Origin: Luminiphilus sp.
Lineage (GTDB): Bacteria > Pseudomonadota > Alphaproteobacteria > Rhodobacterales > Rhodobacteraceae
Reading direction: 5' to 3'
DNA length: 36,431 bases
NCBI GenBank assembly: GCA_964221795.1
Contig: CAXQAV010000496.1
Location: 1 to 36,431, forward strand
Every line of letters starts with the position of its first letter. Positions within the stretch are counted from its first letter, which is position 1. Positions 22,461-31,132 of the stretch are shown here, piece after piece. Both the position numbers and the translations under genes were made by a program. Under the pieces are notes generated by a model. It worked only from the letters and a program-made list of their open reading frames with translations, ran no database searches and was not told the DNA's origin.

Positions 22461-22530
22461 AAGGTAACAAAAATTCCACCACTAGCCGTAGATTGAAATT
22501 TTATTACTTTGCGGATGCAGAAAAAGTCAA
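22461..22530 (-). promoter_or_regulatory. maoC promoter region with a long imperfect inverted repeat and a PhaR-like motif
   Basis: Minus-strand TTGACT at 22525-22530, TTGC-N4-GCAG at 22509-22520, and arms AAGGTAACAAAAATTC (22461-22476) / GAAATTTTATTACTTT (22495-22510). Confidence 0.5.
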
Positions 22531-22605
22531 GCGATTCTTGCCGAGGAAATGCAGGAAACCCCGTAAGGGGCGGGGCAGAGGGCATGTCCGTTTTGTTTAG
22601 TGAGA

Positions 22606-23481
22606 TTAGCGCAGATGTCCGATGGCGTAGGTTACGCTCATCTGATGCGCATTAAGGTAGGCCTCAAGTGCCGCCGGTTCCGGTTGATGGTCGGTCTTGG
22701 TCTCAGCTGCAGCAAGCCCGCCGGAAATAAACAGCACATCAAGGTCTTCTTGCACACCGCCCAGCACATCGGTCCCGATACCGTCGCCGATGGCGATGAC
22801 GCGCGGATCGCTTGGCGCGTCTTCCAGTGCAGCCAGACGGCGGCGGGCCAGATCATAAATCGGCGTGTGGGGTTTCCCGAAATAGAGGCTCTCTCCGCCC
22901 ATCTCGGTGTAAAGGGCGGCCAACGCGCCAGCACACCACTCACGCACCTCGCCACGATCAACCACGATATCAGGATTGGCGCAGAGCAGCTTGAGGCCCT
23001 TCTGCTTGGCATAAAGAAACTCGGGGCGGTTCACGTCCACATCGGCCATCGTATCAAACGGGCCGCAGCAGACGATGCCCTCGGCCTCGTCCAAAGGCAC
23101 CTTCCGGATATTGACCGGGTTTTCGATGATTTTCAGCGGCTTGAAGAAATCGTCATCGCGTGGGGTCTCGCCCATAAACCAGATCTTTTCGCCTACGATC
23201 CCGCGGAACATCGCCGCCCGCGCGCTGTCGCCCGAGGTTGCAATCGCGTCCCATGCATCCTCGGGGATGCCGAAGCGGTGGATCTGGCGGGCCACACTGT
23301 CCCAAGGACGGGGCGAGTTGGTGACAAGGACGACCTTGCCACCTTCGGCGCGATACCTCTGCATGGCTGCGACGGCACCGGGCAGCGCCTTGATGCCGTT
23401 GTGCATGCAGCCCCAGAGGTCGACAAAGGCCGCGTCATACTGACCCGAAATCTCGGCGAAATTCTCGATAATCCGGGTCAT
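22606..23481 (-). CDS. HAD-superfamily class IIA hydrolase (TIGR01459-like)
   Basis: FVDLWGCMHNG, VTNSPR, ANPD, GKPH and IGDGIGTD motifs. Confidence 0.92.
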   Translation of the reverse strand: MTRIIENFAEISGQYDAAFVDLWGCMHNGIKALPGAVAAMQRYRAEGGKVVLVTNSPRPWDSVARQIHRFGIPEDAWDAIATSGDSARAAMFRGIVGEKIWFMGETPRDDDFFKPLKIIENPVNIRKVPLDEAEGIVCCGPFDTMADVDVNRPEFLYAKQKGLKLLCANPDIVVDRGEVREWCAGALAALYTEMGGESLYFGKPHTPIYDLARRRLAALEDAPSDPRVIAIGDGIGTDVLGGVQEDLDVLFISGGLAAAETKTDHQPEPAALEAYLNAHQMSVTYAIGHLR

Positions 23482-23508
23482 TTCTGCACCTTTCAGGGCG
23501 GTCTGGTC

Positions 23509-24426
23509 TTAGACCTTGAGCGACGGAATGATCTGCTTTTTCCGGCTCATGATGCCGGGCAGGACCACGCTGTCGCCTGTCACTGTGGCGTCAAAGCTCT
23601 TTTCAGCCACGGTCTTGGTCAGCTCGTTCGGGATCAGCATGGTGGCTTCTTCCTTGAGGATATCAACCACGAACAGGAGTACCTGATCGACACCGTCTTC
23701 TTCGGCCACCTTCGGCATGGTCTCCATCAGCGATGCTTTGCGATCGAGGATGATCTTGGGCGCGGTGGTTTCCAGAACCGAGACACGGAACTTGGTGCCG
23801 TCGATGGCATATTCCTTGCTGTCCATGCGCAGGAGTTCGGCATCCGAGAAAGCCGAAACATCGGATTTCGCTTCAAACATCTCGCCCGCATAGGCGTCGA
23901 TCTCGATACCCAGATCCTTGGCCAGCGCCTCGGCCAGATCCTTGTCCATCTCGGTGGTGGTGGGCGAGCGGAAGGCCAGTGTGTCCGACAGGATGCAGGA
24001 CAGCATCAGACCCTTGATGCCCTCGGGCATGTGATCGGCATGGGCGCCCATCATCTGGTGCATGATGGTCGCGGTGCAGGCCAGCGGGCGGATCGTGATG
24101 TTGATCGGGTTCTTGGTTTCCAGACCGCCAGCCAATTTGTGATGGTCGATGATCGCGAGCACATCCGCATTATTGATGTTGGCAGGCAGTTCGGCAGGGT
24201 TGTTAGTGTCCACGATCACGCAGGACTGGTCGTTTTCGACGTCGGCGATGATTTCGGGCAGATCAAAGCCCCAGCGCTGGGCAACAAACTTGGCCTCGGT
24301 GTTGGGCTCACCCAGAAGTGCGGCTTTGCTCTCGATACCGGTGTGGTTAAGGAACCATTCCCAGATCAGCGGAGAGCCGGTACTGTCGGTATCAGGGGAT
24401 TTGTGGCCAAAGATCAGCGTAGTCAT
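23509..24426 (-). CDS. ppaC: Manganese-dependent (family II) inorganic pyrophosphatase
   Basis: FGHKSPDTDS, IDHHK, ILSDTL.FRSPTTT and SRKKQIIP motifs. True start MTTLIF at 24426. Confidence 0.96.
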   Translation of the reverse strand: MTTLIFGHKSPDTDSTGSPLIWEWFLNHTGIESKAALLGEPNTEAKFVAQRWGFDLPEIIADVENDQSCVIVDTNNPAELPANINNADVLAIIDHHKLAGGLETKNPINITIRPLACTATIMHQMMGAHADHMPEGIKGLMLSCILSDTLAFRSPTTTEMDKDLAEALAKDLGIEIDAYAGEMFEAKSDVSAFSDAELLRMDSKEYAIDGTKFRVSVLETTAPKIILDRKASLMETMPKVAEEDGVDQVLLFVVDILKEEATMLIPNELTKTVAEKSFDATVTGDSVVLPGIMSRKKQIIPSLKV

Positions 24427-24597
24427 AAGGATCACTTTCGGAAGGATGGCAGAGTCGCGGCCTATATAGAAGCGCGCGCGCGGAGTGTCACCCCGTGGAA
24501 TGTGGGCTTTGTCCGCGTCTCTTCGGGGCTCCCCCAAGGTATTTTGGAACATGAGAAGGGGCTTGTTGCGCGCGCATCCTTGCGCTTGTCTGAGGCC

Positions 24598-25254
24598 ATG
24601 ACAAAGGAAGCCGATCTCTACCCGCCCGTGAAAGCCCATCTCGAGGTGCAGGGCTATGTCGTCAAAGGTGAAGTCGGGGCGGCGGACGTTGTCGCACGCC
24701 GCGGGGATGATCTGGTAATCGTTGAAATGAAGACCGGCTTCTCGCTCGCGCTCTTCCACCAGGGGATCGAGCGGCTGGCGATCACCGATGCCGTCTATCT
24801 GGCAGTGCCGGCGGGTGGCAAAGGCAAGGCGCTCAAGCGGAATGTACAGCTCGCGCGGCGCGCTGGGCTCGGCGTGATGACCGTCCGCCTGCGGGATGGT
24901 TTTGTCGAGGTGCTGGCCGATCCCGGCCCCTATGCAGCACGGCAATCAAAGAAAAAGCGCGCGCGGCTGCTCAAGGCCTATGACCGCATGCAGGGTGATC
25001 CCAACGACGGGGGTGCAACCCGTCACGGATTGATCACCGGCTACCGTCAGGATGCGCTGCGCTGTGCAAGGTTTCTTGCGGTCCATGGGCCCTCGAAGGG
25101 GGCGGTGGTCAAGGAATGGGCCGAGGTGCCGGACGCCACGCGCATCATGCGCGACGATCACTACCGCTGGTTTCGCAAAGTGGCCCTTGGCACCTATGAG
25201 CTGACCGAGAAGGGGCGGCGGGGGCTGGCCGACTATGGTGATGTTGAAGCCTAG
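24598..25254 (+). CDS. DUF2161 family putative PD-(D/E)XK-fold protein
   Basis: EADLYPPVKAHLE..GY.VKGEV..ADVVA...IVEMK, GDPN.GG, TGYRQDAL and DHYRWF motifs. This is the real 3' part of the 884-aa ORF in the track. Confidence 0.88.
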   Translation: MTKEADLYPPVKAHLEVQGYVVKGEVGAADVVARRGDDLVIVEMKTGFSLALFHQGIERLAITDAVYLAVPAGGKGKALKRNVQLARRAGLGVMTVRLRDGFVEVLADPGPYAARQSKKKRARLLKAYDRMQGDPNDGGATRHGLITGYRQDALRCARFLAVHGPSKGAVVKEWAEVPDATRIMRDDHYRWFRKVALGTYELTEKGRRGLADYGDVEA

Positions 25255-26240
25255 GGAAAGCGGCTGAGCGTCCAGCCCTCGTTCTCCAGCAACTGCAGCA
25301 CACCCAATTCGCCGATCAGATGGCCCGCACCGACAGCAACGACGATATTGTCATGAGCCTCGGTGGCGGCGGTGATCACCGGAATCCAGTTCCGGTTGCG
25401 GGTGTGGAGCAGCGCCTCTTCCATCTCGGCGAACATGGCCTCGGCCTCTGCGGTGTCCGTCATCGGCACGTCCTGCATCGCGATCCGGCCCATTTCCCAC
25501 AGGCGGCCTACGTCCTCGGCGAAATAGCGGTCGAGCATCGCGACAAACATTTGACTTTGCAGGTCGGGCGCCAGCATGTTGATGCGGAGCATGTCGATCT
25601 GCTCTTCAAACGATGCATCGTCGAAAAGCCCGAAAAGCGTATCAAAAGGCTCAAGTGCGGCGACCGGCACGCCTGCGGCCGTCGCATCCGCGGCGATCAT
25701 CTTGTCGAGGCCGACAGCGCCCGCCAGCATCGCCTCCATCGCGCAGTCCGGCACGGCGAGCATCAGCGACAGATACCAGGGTTGCATTTTGGCGGCCATA
25801 AAACTGGGAATGTTGCGCTGGCCCGCGGCCTCCATCAATTGCTGCCAGACGTACTCTTCCAGAAGCTCGGGCAGGTTCGGGCCATCGACGATAAAAATCA
25901 GGCTGGGGTCCCGCGTGATCAGATCACGCAACTGCTGTTCCTCCTGCGCGGTGGCCTCCAGCAGGACCAGTTCGGCGCTCTGGACGTCTGCCGCTACGCG
26001 GGTGCGGACGATCTCGAGGCGGGGGTCATAGATGTGCATGGTGCCGATGATGGTCAGGCGGTCATCGCCACGGGTGGCGTGATAGGTCAGCCCCTCGGCA
26101 TAGGGCATCGCGTCCACAGCCGTGGCAAGTGCATCGCGTTGGGCGTCACTCATTGCATCAAGATAGCTCCCGCCCACACATTGCGCGGCGACCGGTGTCG
26201 CCAGAAAAGAGAATGCAAGAGCAGTAGCGCGCAGAAACAT
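25251..26240 (-). CDS. TraB/GumN (Tiki-like) family secreted protein
   Basis: Signal peptide, IGTMH, RNRNW and AVGAGHL motifs. Confidence 0.9.
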   Translation of the reverse strand: MFLRATALAFSFLATPVAAQCVGGSYLDAMSDAQRDALATAVDAMPYAEGLTYHATRGDDRLTIIGTMHIYDPRLEIVRTRVAADVQSAELVLLEATAQEEQQLRDLITRDPSLIFIVDGPNLPELLEEYVWQQLMEAAGQRNIPSFMAAKMQPWYLSLMLAVPDCAMEAMLAGAVGLDKMIAADATAAGVPVAALEPFDTLFGLFDDASFEEQIDMLRINMLAPDLQSQMFVAMLDRYFAEDVGRLWEMGRIAMQDVPMTDTAEAEAMFAEMEEALLHTRNRNWIPVITAATEAHDNIVVAVGAGHLIGELGVLQLLENEGWTLSRFP

Positions 26241-26292
26241 CAGATAACCTCGGGTTGTGTCCTGTCAGAGGTAAGCCTGCCCACGCACGCGG

Positions 26293-26589
26293 TCAAACCA
26301 CGCGGGCGTGGTTTTGAAAGATCATGCGCTGGCCGGTGCGGATCAGAAAGCGCCCGATCCGGTCGCGCAACGAGGCTTGCGGTGGCGGCACGATGCTCAG
26401 CCGGACGGGCCCAGGGGCAAAGATGAGCGGCGGCGGAGGGTCGGCGCGCATTGGCACAGGCGCAAAGACATGGCTTGTCTGCTGCATGGCCAGACGGGCA
26501 GGCTGCGTGCGGCGCGGCTTGCACTTTGCAGGCACGGAATGTGTGAAGGCATCGACCTTGTGGTCGACGTGGAAGAACGGGGGATGCAT
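26293..26589 (-). CDS. Small Pro-rich hypothetical protein
   Basis: MHPPFFHVDH...PPPPLIF...SLRDRIGRFLIRTGQRMI. Fills an otherwise empty gap, is co-oriented with its neighbours and ends in an amphipathic helix. Confidence 0.55.
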   Translation of the reverse strand: MHPPFFHVDHKVDAFTHSVPAKCKPRRTQPARLAMQQTSHVFAPVPMRADPPPPLIFAPGPVRLSIVPPPQASLRDRIGRFLIRTGQRMIFQNHARVV

Positions 26590-26801
26590 GGGGGTGATCC
26601 AGACGTAAATGGAATAAAGTGGGCGGGCCAAGGGCCACGCAGGACTGCAAGCTTGGTGTCAGCACCAGGCGAGTGAGGTTTCCTTTCTAAGCATTGCAGT
26701 CTCCTTCGATTCGCATTCGCGTTCCGGTTGATTGCGCCGCAAGTCCTGCTTTCACCAAGCACTTTTTCGCGCCACCCGGCGGGCAAGCATCTAACGTATT
26801 G

Positions 26802-26860
26802 TTATTATTGGCCAAAAAAAATCCTGGGGGAGCGCCGCAGGCGCGGGGGCAAAGCCCCCA
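26802..26860. repeat. REP-like intergenic palindromic element
   Basis: A-tract, TCCTGGGGG, then hairpins GCGCC-gca-GGCGC (26832-26844) and GGGGGC-aaa-GCCCCC (26845-26859), directly after a stop codon. Resembles dispersed Rhodobacteraceae repeats as I recall them; single copy here. Confidence 0.55.
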
Positions 26861-26861
26861 T

Positions 26862-28400
26862 TCACCCCGCAGCCCGTCCCGCGCGTCGCCCGGAATGGAT
26901 GCACCCGCCCAAGAACGTGCCCTCCAGCGCGTTCTTGCCGTGATAGCCGCCGCCACCAAATCCGGCTGCTTCGCCGGCCGCATAGAGCCCGCCGATCTGG
27001 CCGCCTTCTGCTGCAAAGACCCGTCCGTCGAGGTCGGTGTGGATACCGCCCAACGTCTTCCGCGTCAGCACACGGAGTTTCACCGCGATCAGAGGCCCCT
27101 TGGCCGTATCGAGGATCTTGTGCGGCTTTGCTGTGCGGATCAGTTTGTCGCCGAGGTATCTCCGCGCGCCCCGAATTGCCGTCACTTGCGCGTCCTTGGC
27201 GAAGGGGTTGTCGATCTGCGCATCACGCGCTGCGATTTGGGCTCGCAGCTTTGCGCCGTCTAGCAGGTTTCCGCCCAGCTTGTTCATGCCGTTCACAAGT
27301 GTGTCAAAGTCGTGCGCCACGACAAAATCGACACCCTTTTCCTTGAAGGCCTCTACGGCGCTCGTCGCCCCTTTGCCAAGTCGCTCTTTCAGCACACCCT
27401 TCCAGGTGCCGCCTGTCAGGTCGGGGTTCTGCTCGGAGCTTGAGAGCGCAAATTCCTTTTCGATGATCGCCTGCGTCAGCACGAACCACGTGTGGTCATA
27501 GCCACGTCTGCAAATCTCGTGCAGGGTCGACATCGTATCGAACCCCGGCAGGCAGGGCACCGGTAGGCGCTCGCCTGTTGCATCAAACCACATGGATGAT
27601 GGTCCGGGCAGAATGCGGATACCATGGTCCGGCCAGATCGGGTCCCAGTCCTGCACGCCTTCGCAGTAATGCCACATACGGCTCATGTTGATCAGCTCCG
27701 CACCCGCGGCCTTCACGTGGTCCAGCAACAGCCCGTCCACATGGCGGGGCACGCCCGACACCAGTTTCTCCGGCAGATGCCCTGACTTGGACGGGTCCCA
27801 GTGCCGCCGCACCATGTCGAAATTGCCGCCCATACCGCCCGAGACACCCGCAACCTGCCCGTTGCGGATATCAAACCCCGTCACGCGATGCCGGAAACCG
27901 AAAGTCACCTTGCCTGCTTTCTCGGCCTCGAGCACACGATCGACAAAGGGTTTCAACACCCCGGGGCCTGTGCCCCAAGTCACATGAAACCGCGGGACGG
28001 AGTTGCCGTGACCATGCGCAAAGCTGCCGCCGCGCTCGGCCCAGCCGACAACTGGAAACCAGCGCATACCCAGCCCATAAAGCCAGCTGCGCATCTCGCC
28101 TGCCGCAAAATCAAGGTAGGCCCGCGCCCATTCCTGCGGCCAGTTGTCCTGCGGTCCGTCAAATTGCGCCGATCCGAACCAGTCGTTTGTGGCCAGCGCA
28201 TGACTGTCCTTCACCCGCATCCGCCACTGCTCTGGCGTATCGATCATGCAAAGACCACCCAGCGACCAGAAGGCCTGACTGCCAAGGTTCTGGCGGCCCT
28301 CTTGATCAAGGATGGTGACGGTCTTGCCGCGCGCGACCAGCTCGTTTGCCGCCACAAGCCCCGCAAGGCCCGCGCCGATGATCACTACATCACATTGCAT
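26862..28400 (-). CDS. FAD-binding dehydrogenase (KsdD-like family), apparently with an internal in-frame deletion
   Basis: GAGLAG, QAFWSLGG, GNSVPRFHVTWGTGPG, TRKTLGG and ALEGTFLGGC motifs. A segment appears to be missing near 27840. Confidence 0.85.
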   Translation of the reverse strand: MQCDVVIIGAGLAGLVAANELVARGKTVTILDQEGRQNLGSQAFWSLGGLCMIDTPEQWRMRVKDSHALATNDWFGSAQFDGPQDNWPQEWARAYLDFAAGEMRSWLYGLGMRWFPVVGWAERGGSFAHGHGNSVPRFHVTWGTGPGVLKPFVDRVLEAEKAGKVTFGFRHRVTGFDIRNGQVAGVSGGMGGNFDMVRRHWDPSKSGHLPEKLVSGVPRHVDGLLLDHVKAAGAELINMSRMWHYCEGVQDWDPIWPDHGIRILPGPSSMWFDATGERLPVPCLPGFDTMSTLHEICRRGYDHTWFVLTQAIIEKEFALSSSEQNPDLTGGTWKGVLKERLGKGATSAVEAFKEKGVDFVVAHDFDTLVNGMNKLGGNLLDGAKLRAQIAARDAQIDNPFAKDAQVTAIRGARRYLGDKLIRTAKPHKILDTAKGPLIAVKLRVLTRKTLGGIHTDLDGRVFAAEGGQIGGLYAAGEAAGFGGGGYHGKNALEGTFLGGCIHSGRRAGRAAG

Positions 28401-28462
28401 GGCAGTCCTCCCCTGGCGATATCATTGCCGCAGGCGGGGAACAGTCAAAGCCTGACGCGGCG

Positions 28463-29233
28463 TCAGGCGCCTTTCCAGACAGGTGGGCGTTTTTCGATAA
28501 AGGCCCGCGCACCCTCGGCGGCGTCCGCCGTTTGCGCGATCTCGCCGATCAACCGGTCATTCTCGGGCCAATGCGCGGCATCCGTCGCCTCCAATGGGCG
28601 GGTCGCTATGGCGAGGGTGTGCTGGATCGCCAGCGGTGCGTTCCCCGCAATCTCTGCCGCGAGTTTGCGGGCCTCTACCAGCGCCTGCCCGTCAGGTACC
28701 GCGCGGTTGATCACGCCCCAATCGGAGGCTTCACCGGCGCCAAATGGCTTGCCCGTGAGTAGGATCTCATTCGCGCGCACGCGCGGGATCGTTGTGGGCA
28801 GGCGCACCGCGCCGCCCGCCCCGGGGATCAGTCCGATGCGCACCTCTGGCAGGGCGAATAGTGCGGACTGCCCCGCAATGACCAGATCACAGGCCAGCAT
28901 CATCTCGAACCCGCCCGCCAGAGCCGCACCCTCCACCGCGCAGATCACAGGCTTCGTCCGCTTGCGGCGCACAAAGCCGCCGAACCCGTATTTGCCAAAA
29001 AGGATCGTATTGCCTGCGCCACGCGCAAAGGCCTTGAGGTCCATGCCTGCACAGAACAGCGCGCCCGCCCCCGTGAGGATCGCCACGCGGACCGACGGAT
29101 CACTTTCGACCTTATCGAAAGCATCGCGGATCGCGTCGCAAACCTCGGGGTTGATCGCATTGCGCTGGTCGGGGCGGTTGAGCGTGACGGTAGCAACCCC
29201 GTCCGCCACGTCATAGAGCACCACATCAGTCAT
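28463..29233 (-). CDS. Enoyl-CoA hydratase/crotonase family protein
   Basis: LNRPDQRNA, FCAGMDL, GGFE and LPEVRIGL (both catalytic Glu present), EGARAFIEKRPPVW. Confidence 0.95.
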   Translation of the reverse strand: MTDVVLYDVADGVATVTLNRPDQRNAINPEVCDAIRDAFDKVESDPSVRVAILTGAGALFCAGMDLKAFARGAGNTILFGKYGFGGFVRRKRTKPVICAVEGAALAGGFEMMLACDLVIAGQSALFALPEVRIGLIPGAGGAVRLPTTIPRVRANEILLTGKPFGAGEASDWGVINRAVPDGQALVEARKLAAEIAGNAPLAIQHTLAIATRPLEATDAAHWPENDRLIGEIAQTADAAEGARAFIEKRPPVWKGA

Positions 29234-30866
29234 TTCCGGCCTCCTCCTCAGCCATTTTGCGCAGGGTTGCGCGGATGATCTTGCCGGTTGTCGTCATCGG
29301 CATGTCATCAATGAAGCGGATCACCCGTGGATATTCATAGGCGGCAAGGCGCGTCTTCACATGGGCCGCGATTTCATCGGCCAGTGGGTCCGACCCCGAA
29401 AACCCTTCGGCCAGCTTGATATAGGCCGCGACAACACTGCCACGGATATTATCCGGCTTGCCCACAACACCTGCCATCTGCACCGCAGGGTGGGTCAGCA
29501 GGCAATCCTCGATCTCGGCGGGGCCGATGCGGTAGCCGCCCGAGCTGATGATATCGTCATCGCGCCCGATAAAGCGGATACGCCCCGAGGGTGTCTTGCT
29601 GCCCTTGTCCCCTGTCAGCAGCCACTTGGCACCGTCGATCTCGATGAACTTTTCCGCCGTCGCCTCGGGCCTGTTCCAATAGCCAAGGAACATCACCGGA
29701 TCAGGCGAACGCACGGCGATGCTGCCTTCCTCGTCTATGACGCAATAGCGCTTTTCGTCTTCGTCCACCACATCCACATCATGCCCCGGCACCGCAAATC
29801 CCATCACGCCGGGTTCGGCAGGTTCAATGGCGGCACAGGAAGACACGATCATGTTGCACTCGGTCTGGCCGTAGAACTCGTTGATCGTCGTGCCAAAGAC
29901 ATCCTGCCCCCACGCGATCAACTCTTTGCCCAGGGTCTCGCCCCCGCTGGCGACAGACCGCATCGGTACGGGGGTTGCGGGGGTGTCCAGCCGCATCAGT
30001 TTCAGCGCCGTGGGCGGCAGGAAAGCATTGCGGATGCCGTGATCACGGATCAGGTCAAAGGCTGCCTTGGCCGTGAATTTCTTGAACCGGCAGGCCACGA
30101 CGGGCACCGCGTGATGTAACGCAGGCATCAGCACATCCAGCAAGCCGCCGATCCACGCCCAATCGGCTGGTGTCCAGATCTTGTCGCCCGTCTGCGGAAA
30201 GAAGTCATGGCTCATCTCGACGCCTGGCAGGTGGCCGAGCAGGACACGATGGGGGTGCAAGGCCCCCTTGGGCGCGCCCGTTGTCCCCGAAGTATAGATC
30301 AGGATCGCCGGATCATCGGCGGCTGTGTCGACTGGGGTGAAGTCTGGCGAGGCCGCGGCGCATAGGGCGTGATAGTCGTCCGCCCCCTCTGCAGCTCCGT
30401 CAATCGAAAGGACACGTTCAAGCGCGGGTAGCTGCTGGCGTAAGGTGGCAAGGGTTGCTGCCCCTGCGGCATTGGTGATGACAGCCTTCGCCCCTGAATC
30501 TGCCAGCCTGTGCAGCAGCGCCTCTGGCCCGAAGAGAGTGAACAGAGGGATCGAGATACAGCCCATCTTGGTGACCGCGATATGGGCCGCAGCGGTCTCA
30601 ACACATTGGGGCAGCAGGACCGCAATACGGTCCCCCTGCTTCGCGAATTCTGCTAAGACATTGGCAAGCCGATTGGATTTTTCCCGCAATGTGGCGAAAC
30701 TGTATTCGGTGACAGCACCAGTTTCCGCAACGTCGATCAAAGCGATCTTGTCAGGGTCAGAGGCTGCGTGCCGGTCGCAGATATCGACCCCGAGGTTGTA
30801 CCGGTCAGGAACCTGCCAGCGGAACGCCGACACAAGAGAAGCGTATGTAGATTCGGGGCTGAGCAT
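29226..30866 (-). CDS. Acyl-CoA synthetase (AMP-forming)
   Basis: YTSGTTGAPKG, EFYGQTE, TGD, GRDDD and TTTGKI motifs. Overlaps the crotonase start by 8 nt. Confidence 0.95.
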   Translation of the reverse strand: MLSPESTYASLVSAFRWQVPDRYNLGVDICDRHAASDPDKIALIDVAETGAVTEYSFATLREKSNRLANVLAEFAKQGDRIAVLLPQCVETAAAHIAVTKMGCISIPLFTLFGPEALLHRLADSGAKAVITNAAGAATLATLRQQLPALERVLSIDGAAEGADDYHALCAAASPDFTPVDTAADDPAILIYTSGTTGAPKGALHPHRVLLGHLPGVEMSHDFFPQTGDKIWTPADWAWIGGLLDVLMPALHHAVPVVACRFKKFTAKAAFDLIRDHGIRNAFLPPTALKLMRLDTPATPVPMRSVASGGETLGKELIAWGQDVFGTTINEFYGQTECNMIVSSCAAIEPAEPGVMGFAVPGHDVDVVDEDEKRYCVIDEEGSIAVRSPDPVMFLGYWNRPEATAEKFIEIDGAKWLLTGDKGSKTPSGRIRFIGRDDDIISSGGYRIGPAEIEDCLLTHPAVQMAGVVGKPDNIRGSVVAAYIKLAEGFSGSDPLADEIAAHVKTRLAAYEYPRVIRFIDDMPMTTTGKIIRATLRKMAEEEAGND

Positions 30867-30873
30867 GGTTATG

Positions 30874-30902
30874 AAATGAACACTTGTTCAATTCTATGTC
30901 AA
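30874..30902 (-). promoter_or_regulatory. Promoter TTGACA-N17-TCATTT containing the palindromic operator TGAACA-N2-TGTTCA
   Basis: Perfect -35 at 30897-30902 (minus strand); palindrome at 30877-30890. Confidence 0.6.
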
Positions 30903-31132
30903 TCAAACGATTCGGTGCTGGAATTGAGGTTGGCCGCAGCTTTGCCAGCTTATGAACACAGGTTTGCCACATTCTGCCGCAGCGCTGCCATTGTTCAACT
31001 TTGTCGAATGCGCTGATGGGCTGCTCAACCCAAGGAGGAAACATATGCAAGAGCATGAAAATACGAACGTTTTAATGATGAAAACCTGTGCATTGGCAAT
31101 AATCCGCCAGATATTTCGCGGAAATACAAAAG

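Noticed and set aside
22487-22499. GTAGATTGAAAT resembles the 3' end of some CRISPR repeats
   Set aside because: Single copy with no spacers and no cas genes; explained by the maoC inverted repeat.
22600-24597. N-terminal two-thirds of the 884-aa plus-strand ORF
   Set aside because: Antisense to the HAD hydrolase and ppaC; only the part from ATG 24598 (DUF2161) looks like a real protein.
24427-24945. 173-aa N-terminal extension of ppaC in the ORF track
   Set aside because: Overlaps the DUF2161 gene on the other strand; family II PPases begin at the xxxxFGH motif (ATG 24426).
26240-27263. Alternative ORFs 26240-26665(-), 26397-26786(-) and 26694-27263(+)
   Set aside because: Arg/Pro/Ala-rich non-coding-frame composition; they overlap better-supported features.
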